DNA from: Catajapyx aquilonaris
Taxonomy: Eukaryota
Length of the DNA stretch: 60,247 nt
NCBI GenBank assembly: GCA_000934665.2
Contig: KZ538587.1
Span: forward strand, 1 to 60,247
Direction of reading: 5' to 3'
Every line of letters starts with the position of its first letter. Within the stretch, counting starts at the first letter, position 1. A program made the position numbers and the translations under genes. This document shows positions 53,601 to 60,247 of the stretch, one piece after another. The notes beneath the pieces are model-generated. The model saw only the letters and a list, made by a program, of their open reading frames with translations, was not told the DNA's origin and made no database searches.

Positions 53601-56600
53601 CTAAATTTCTAACATCTCGATATTTTATGATATTTATGCTGCATTTTTGCTTCCTTCTCAAGGCCTGCTTACCCATTCCCACACAGGGAGCCACTTACAC
53701 CAATTTGGTGCGTAATCGGCAGGTATAACGAATCGTCCTTACCTTTGAAGCGAGAAACCTTGTGCAGTGAGGTCAATACGAAATAACCTAGCCCACGTCA
53801 GCAACGCGACCATGGATCCCTAACGAGGCAAGATAGCACACAGATGTCAGGAGCATAAAAAGAAGCTGTGGCCCACACAATCCCAATATTTCACCAACCA
53901 TCAGAATTGGACCTGAGGAATGCTGCGCTCTAATTGGGAGTGGCTCCTTTTAACAAGAAGATTTTTTTTCTTCAAAAAACGGTCATCATTGGAGGTCTTG
54001 CAATTTGCTCATAGGACAACAATGCGGGGTTGAGGAATTTCGTGGGAGTTCTTCCTCTCTTTACTGCCGAGACGGCCCCGAGGACGAGATGCCCCTCATA
54101 CCCTCAACCACCGTAAATCTCTCGCGGAGGTAGCGTATATATCAGTCGTGAAACGTTTAAAAGACACGGCGGTGCAAGTTTTTTCAGAGCCATTAAGAAG
54201 CAGTTCGTCACACGTTCAAAAAAATACGACCATGACACCGCGTAATTAAAATGAGGATAGAGGAGAGGTGGAGTCCTTTCATATCAAAAGATGTCCTAGC
54301 AGACACCATGGGATTACAGGTAATATGTGGTCTGCAAGTATGACTTTGTGCACTAAAAGTACACGTTGGTTCAGTAGTAGGTTATTGTTGATTTTATTTA
54401 ATGAATTATGGGTGTTTCGACGTACTGAATATTTGGGTCGCTCCATGCGTATCACAGTCGCCAATTTTGAGCATTAACTCATTGTGGGCAGCTCATCACC
54501 GTCTAAAGATGACAAGTCCTTCCGCTTTTATACAGTCCGGTAAAACCTTGGTATGGACATGCACGAATATTCGTCATCAGTTTTCTCCCTAAGGAACCCT
54601 GCAGATTAATCCAGGAATCGTGATATGAGGATTTGTTATCCTCTGAACTTGGAGCCGCCTTACGTAACAGCACATCGATCCAGTAATCCTACTTACAGTG
54701 CTTGAAGGAAAGGAAGGGGGAGATATGGAGAAAGTCTTATGCAAGGAGAGGGGTTTTGCTGTGTGTATGGGACGATGCCTTCTGCTGTGCTGACATTCAG
54801 AGTAGAACCGCCATGATGTTACGGTCCGAGAGCCACGCGCGCGAAATGAAAGAGATGTTTCTCGTTCCGAAAGTTGGGATCCGGATACCAGTTTCATTTT
54901 TTTTTTTTAAACTTCGTGCCCTCTAGTTCTGAACTAGGAAGTTAGGAGTGGGCAGTAGGGAGACGTCGAACTTAAAACACGCCTTTGTACATGTGCGTGG
55001 GACTTTCTTGCAAAAAACTACTGCGTGATAAAGCAGGAAATTGTGTGGAATAATGTCGGTAATGTAACTGCTACACGGCATATGCAGAAAAAATTACATA
55101 ATTTCTATTGTTTGTTGAATTCCTTATAAATTTTTCATCGTATATTTTTTGTTTACTGGTATGTCATACCGGTATGTAAAATTGGTCAAATTCAGTATTT
55201 TTTGATCTGATGTGCACATTTAGAATTTTGCTATATTAATTTATTCTGTACCTATATGCAGAAAGACACCAGTACCATTTGTCTAATTAGTTTACAGCTT
55301 GTAATGTTCTGGTCAAGTTTAACAATTCAGTTACTTTATTACTTGTAATTCAACGTAGTAAATAATTCTGAGTAGTTATTTGCTAATTTCATCATTGTCG
55401 CATATATTTTTTAAATGTTTATCCATCAATCAATAACTCTAATAAATTATCATAGGAACAAATTCCAATTTTTGGTCGATTTGGTTAAAAATTTGATCGA
55501 ATGCAATTATTATTGTATTTAATATTTATTTAAGGACGATGACGTTTGCGATTAGAGTTCTACTCGAATTGGGGGATAGATTAATCAAAATGAGTTATTG
55601 TCAGCTGAAGGATCGGCTGATAGTCCAAGTGCAGTAAGTGAAACCCCCCACTCGAAATCATTTAGAGAGTCCAGAATGCCAGATGTTATTTACAAGTCAG
55701 TTTTCTAACAGTATCCAATGAGTAACGCACATTAAAACGCACTAAGTGCCTATCTCCTCAGTGATTGACATCCCCATTCACCCGACACACCCGGCACGTT
55801 TCTAAAACGCGTCTACCGTTAATTCTTATCCAAGGATTCCGTACTATAAAACGGCTATCATTTCCTCATTTCTCGGACATCTCTGTTTTTTTATACATTT
55901 AAGACCCTTCCATTGAAGGTTCAACAGATTCCATCACTGGGCGGGGCACACCCGGAATCTCTACCCTTCCCTATATATAACAGGTTTCCATTTATAACCG
56001 CGTATCTTGAACTCGACCATTTATGCATCGCTCCGTAATAGGTCAAGAGACGAGGTCACATGTATTTGCCTTCACTGATACCCCAACTGTCGTTCACTAG
56101 GGTTAGTTTGCCACGTAAAATATGACGTCAAGTACTGGTCAGAATATTTCATCGTCTGGCCAGAATTCTCATTAAAACATGATTTTTACACCATATGATT
56201 TACTAACCAGGCCATAAAGGTCCAGATCCAGTTCTTAAGAAGTTATGCTACACATACCGCATCATCAAATGAATTTTGGCACGATTTGGATTGCACAAGG
56301 TTTTGGTCGAAATATGCCTTCTTTTTGTGCAGAAAAAAAAAATTACAGCGGTCTAGTGTTTATCGCAAAATTTGTGGGCAGCGGCTTGGAACGTTCCTCA
56401 AGCCATGCGGTTGTGCAACTAGTTTTGCTTTCACTCGACACTTTGGTGAGCATCTAGAATCCTCTTCTCAGCCGTGGAAATAAACTGCTGGTGATGATGT
56501 TCGTGGTATGAAAAGGAGGTGACGTCAGATTGATCTTCTTTGTGTGTGCATGCTTGGTATCTCATGCGCTCTATACACCGGTCCTGACTGTCTCTGTATA

Positions 56601-56781
56601 ATACAGGTTTTCTTGGTTCAAAAAGCAGGGTGCCACTCCTAAGTATCTATCTTGCGGGATATGGACGCATAATTAGGCCGTACGTGGTAATTAATATTTT
56701 TTTTTGAGACGCATGATCTGATTTGTTGGCTCGTTTTGGGCTGCCTCAGGCATACAAATGGAGGGCATGCTGTCAGCTTCT

Positions 56782-56830
56782 GCTATGTAGCCGAATTCTA
56801 TAGCTGGGAGGTCCTGGGTTCGAATCCTGA
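56782..56830 (+). other. tRNA-derived/SINE-like remnant (Pol III B box)
   Basis: GGAGGTCCTGGGTTCGAATCCTG contains a perfect B box, GGTTCGAATCC (56817-27), in T-arm context. A partial A-box-like TAGCCGAA lies upstream. No complete cloverleaf. Confidence 0.35.
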
Positions 56831-59800
56831 TCCATATCTTGGTCAAGGTTTTCTATCATTTTTGTGTAGGTTAATTCCGGAATATTTTACACAAATTGGG
56901 TTCGTATGAGGCCACAAATAACATGCCACAATCACTAGTCTCAAATAATGTATTAGTCGAAAATTGACAGAATTTTTGTCACAAATGATGACATTGAAAG
57001 TAATGCGTCCTTTCCTAAGGGCATCAAAGTATGTAATTTTTTTGCTACCAGCCAGAGTTATAATTACTGCATTGTTTATCATATGGGCCCTGGCCATGTC
57101 GTGTGTCCTAGACCTTACGCCAAACGACTCAGCCCTCACCATTTATCGTGTAACCCACTAATTGGGGTCGAAAGGCAATGCTGCACAATTTTGTGTGTGT
57201 GTGTACATTATTTTCTCACACTCTGACCAGAAAGGTGCCAACCAACGTGTGACAACCTCTTACCAGACAAACCACATTTTTGCCTCATCCCAAATTTTTC
57301 CATGTCTCTCTGCTTAAGCAAACCACAAGAGTCACGAAGCTTAAGTCATGATCGATGCCCAAACATTCACGGAATTCGCGAAGTTTTCTTCATAGGGTGG
57401 GGCTCTCTCCATGTCCTAAGGTGGGACCTCGGTTCTTTCCTTTTATTGTACAGCCTTGTAAAAGTCTCCAACTATAATCATCCCTGGGGTGAGGGGCCCT
57501 TCCTAGCTTATTACCCCCACGGAGAGTCATACCCGTGCGCGTGTAAAACTGGTCGAAAATGCCGCCAACTTCTCTTACTTTGTACTTTGTAGCAGCACGT
57601 GAAGGTCGGATTGGCATGTAGACCGAAAAAAATGACAGACTTTTAAAAAAAACTCATTCCTGAATAAAAGGTGCAGGAATCTGGACACAAAGAAAGCAGG
57701 TGCAGGAATAATATTTTTTTAAGTATCATCGAATTAAAATTTTATATCGATTCTTTTGCATTTTAGGGCTGATCACTAATGAGTGTGTTACAAGTGTGGG
57801 GATGTAGCAAAAATAACGGTAGCTTGACATATATCTCATTATGAGGCCGAACACTTTGCAGGCTTCACCTTGAATATCGGACATTAAAAAGGGAGGGAGT
57901 GGGAGAAATCATCGCAACTTGTCGTTTCCATTAACCGCTTATTAAAGAAGCACCTGTTAGAGGCTCATTAGGAGGCCGGACGCCTTATGGAAGCGAAGAC
58001 GAGTAAAAACTTGCTAGACAAAAGGTCGTTTTCTAAGGTGACCCCACAGGTTGTTTCGCCATTTTTCTGTCATCTTTTTTGAAAATAAATCTTCACCTCG
58101 TCCCAGGAGAATTTGCTGCCTTGACGGTTGATTGCTTGTTATCTTGCAATGGGCCGAACGAGGACGTACGCGATAACGTAACGATAGGAGCTACCTGTTT
58201 AATAAAGGTTGAGGCTCCTGGGAGCCGATAATTAACATTCCGAAAGTGCCATCTTTTGTGGAGGAAAAGTTTTTTTTTTACCTGGTTGCTACTTGCATCA
58301 GAAGAGGCGAAAGATTGTTGGATAATTTGCAGAAGCCCAACACTTCACTTTACACGTGTATGCATGCAACCAAGGAGTTTGCGTTTTCATGAAGATGTTG
58401 CCTAACCGGAAAGCTAGATGACTGAGCAGTCATTAGTGGGAGAAAAAGGTTTTAAGAGAGATATTTGTACTTACAATTAACTCTTCAGGTCTTAAGCCTA
58501 ATGCTGCTTTGATGAATGTGTTTTGCTCATTGCTGTGTTTTTTGCGCTTGCGACAGGAAACCTACTCTATAATTTTACGTGTTTTTGTGCTGTTTAAGTA
58601 GTTGTCCCTCCTGTACGTGCAATAACACTCACTCTTGTTACATAAAAATGTGCTCTCATTATTAGATAATAATAATAATAATAATCATTATGGAAAATTT
58701 ATCAGGTCAGTAGATTTGAGTTAAACTTTAACTAAAATTGCGAAAATGATATTATAACAATTAAGTAATTGAGAAGATGAAAGTGCCAAAACTAATTGTG
58801 TGCTCTTTCATGTGAAAGAATTCGCTAAAAATATGTACGCTTATTAGTTCACATACTTAGTGACAAAATGTGCTCATGTTTTGGCAAGGAGTGTACCTGC
58901 TTTCCCACAAATGACAAAAACTATGACGAATAGCACAATTAAAATGGAATCCCCCCCCCCCCAATGTTTTTACACACCTTGCATAACTATCAAAAATTCT
59001 CAAGGGAAAAGAGCCAACAAAAATTAATAATCGCTTCATGATTAAATTTTTTTTTGCTCAATCATCACGCGAAAGTTTTTTTTTGGCCTTCGACCAACGC
59101 ATTATAAGTGCTAAAACCGGAAAGATTAAGCCAACACCAGCAGCGTTATATATTGCCAGCTCGGATCGTCTCATCCCCTAATTATTTTCATGTTGACAGC
59201 CAACTTTATGAGTCAACCTGTCCATTATTGCGCCTTGTATAAGCGCAATTGACATATGCGAGTCCTCCGATTCGTGTCATGTGTCCCGCTGGCATCTTTA
59301 TGACCTAAAAGCCGTCGTTTGACGTGGGTCACAAATCTTGACCGTGACACCCAGCGGTCAACTTTTTTTTTTTGAACCCCCCCATCCTTGACGGGTTAAT
59401 ATTCCTTGGGGTTTGCGAAAATGGAAGCGACACGTTGATTAGGCCCAACAAGTGCTTGCTCTGGCCTCCATTGTACATCATCCTCGTTTTAATTAGGTAG
59501 CTTGGCCCCTTAGCATCCATCCTAATGCTCGATGCATCTTCTATCACAGGAAAAGCAGTTGGGCCAGAAAGACCGGTCAGCAATTATTGTGATAAAACCG
59601 AGCTGAATAAAAAAAAAGTATGACCCTCGGGTAAGGCGTAAAAAAAAGCGAAATTGCGTTATTTTCACTAGATGGTCAGCCAAAAGTGACCCCCTCGGGG
59701 TCGCATTCCGATGCATATGAAGGTTGGTATCAATGGGTGTGGGTCAAATGCCAGTTTGATTTTTTCGCACAAGGGCAGAGCAGCGATGTAATCAAGGTTA

Positions 59801-59855
59801 CTAGCCCTTCTTTGGGAAGTCGGGTAATCAAGGTGGGGTAATTTCCCTCCCCCCC

Positions 59856-59885
59856 NNNNNNNNNNNNNNNNNNNNNNNNNNNNNN
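59856..59885. other. Assembly gap (30 N) within a poly-C tract
   Basis: N-run flanked by C homopolymers. Confidence 0.98.
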
Positions 59886-60247
59886 NCCCCCCCCCCCCCC
59901 CCAAAAAAAAATGTACTCATGTATGACACCCAGATGAAGCTGTAAGACCTGGCTTGAAGAAAATTGGGTATGAAATCTCACCTGTAATTTGCACCACTTT
60001 GTAAGATTACACCGGGTCGGAAGGGTACACACATATCGTACCTACCCGTTAATGGTCGGGTTCACCTCATTGCGAGACTAATGCTCCGGAAAAACTCGTT
60101 TCAGTATACAGTATTTATCCGAGGCAGCTAACTTTAAATGCTCAAATAAATTTTTTTTCCTCCATAGCTGCAATTTACGATCAGATCTGACCTTCCCCAA
60201 AAACGCCCCAATAGATCAACTCCAGTTGGTGCCAAGCTCTATAATTT

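Noticed and set aside
59668..60032. ORFs spanning the N-run
   Set aside because: Artefact of the assembly gap and poly-C tracts.

Overview
Eukaryotic DNA, probably from an invertebrate/arthropod (inferred from its transposon types), roughly 40% GC and apparently non-coding. No ORF in the track resembles a protein family I recognise. The three longest ORFs are artefacts of a 41-bp minisatellite. I found no rRNA, intact tRNA or CRISPR array. Supported features are: two Helitron pieces (a 3' end at 1-96 and a 176-bp non-autonomous copy at 29000-29175), several TA-flanked or Tc1/mariner-type MITEs (17571-17828, 22551-22700, 23967-24050, 24737-24953, 24958-25273), a PIF/Harbinger-type MITE (30405-30514), two related TACGTN-hexamer minisatellites (33.6-34.2 kb and 35.2-36.0 kb), short repeats and one assembly gap. 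The most interesting unexplained signal is large-scale. AT-rich blocks alternate with GC-richer unique blocks about every 1-2.5 kb, and several AT-rich blocks share collinear, same-strand degenerate motifs. The clearest are at 33.5, 35.1, 36.8, 39.1 and 60.1 kb, with weaker ones at 8.8, 41.2, 44.5 and 46.8-47.0 kb. This suggests an old, highly diverged head-to-tail array of non-coding units. Four perfect DR4 nuclear-receptor-type elements and a pair of CTCF-like sites are also present. All alignments were made by eye and need computational confirmation.
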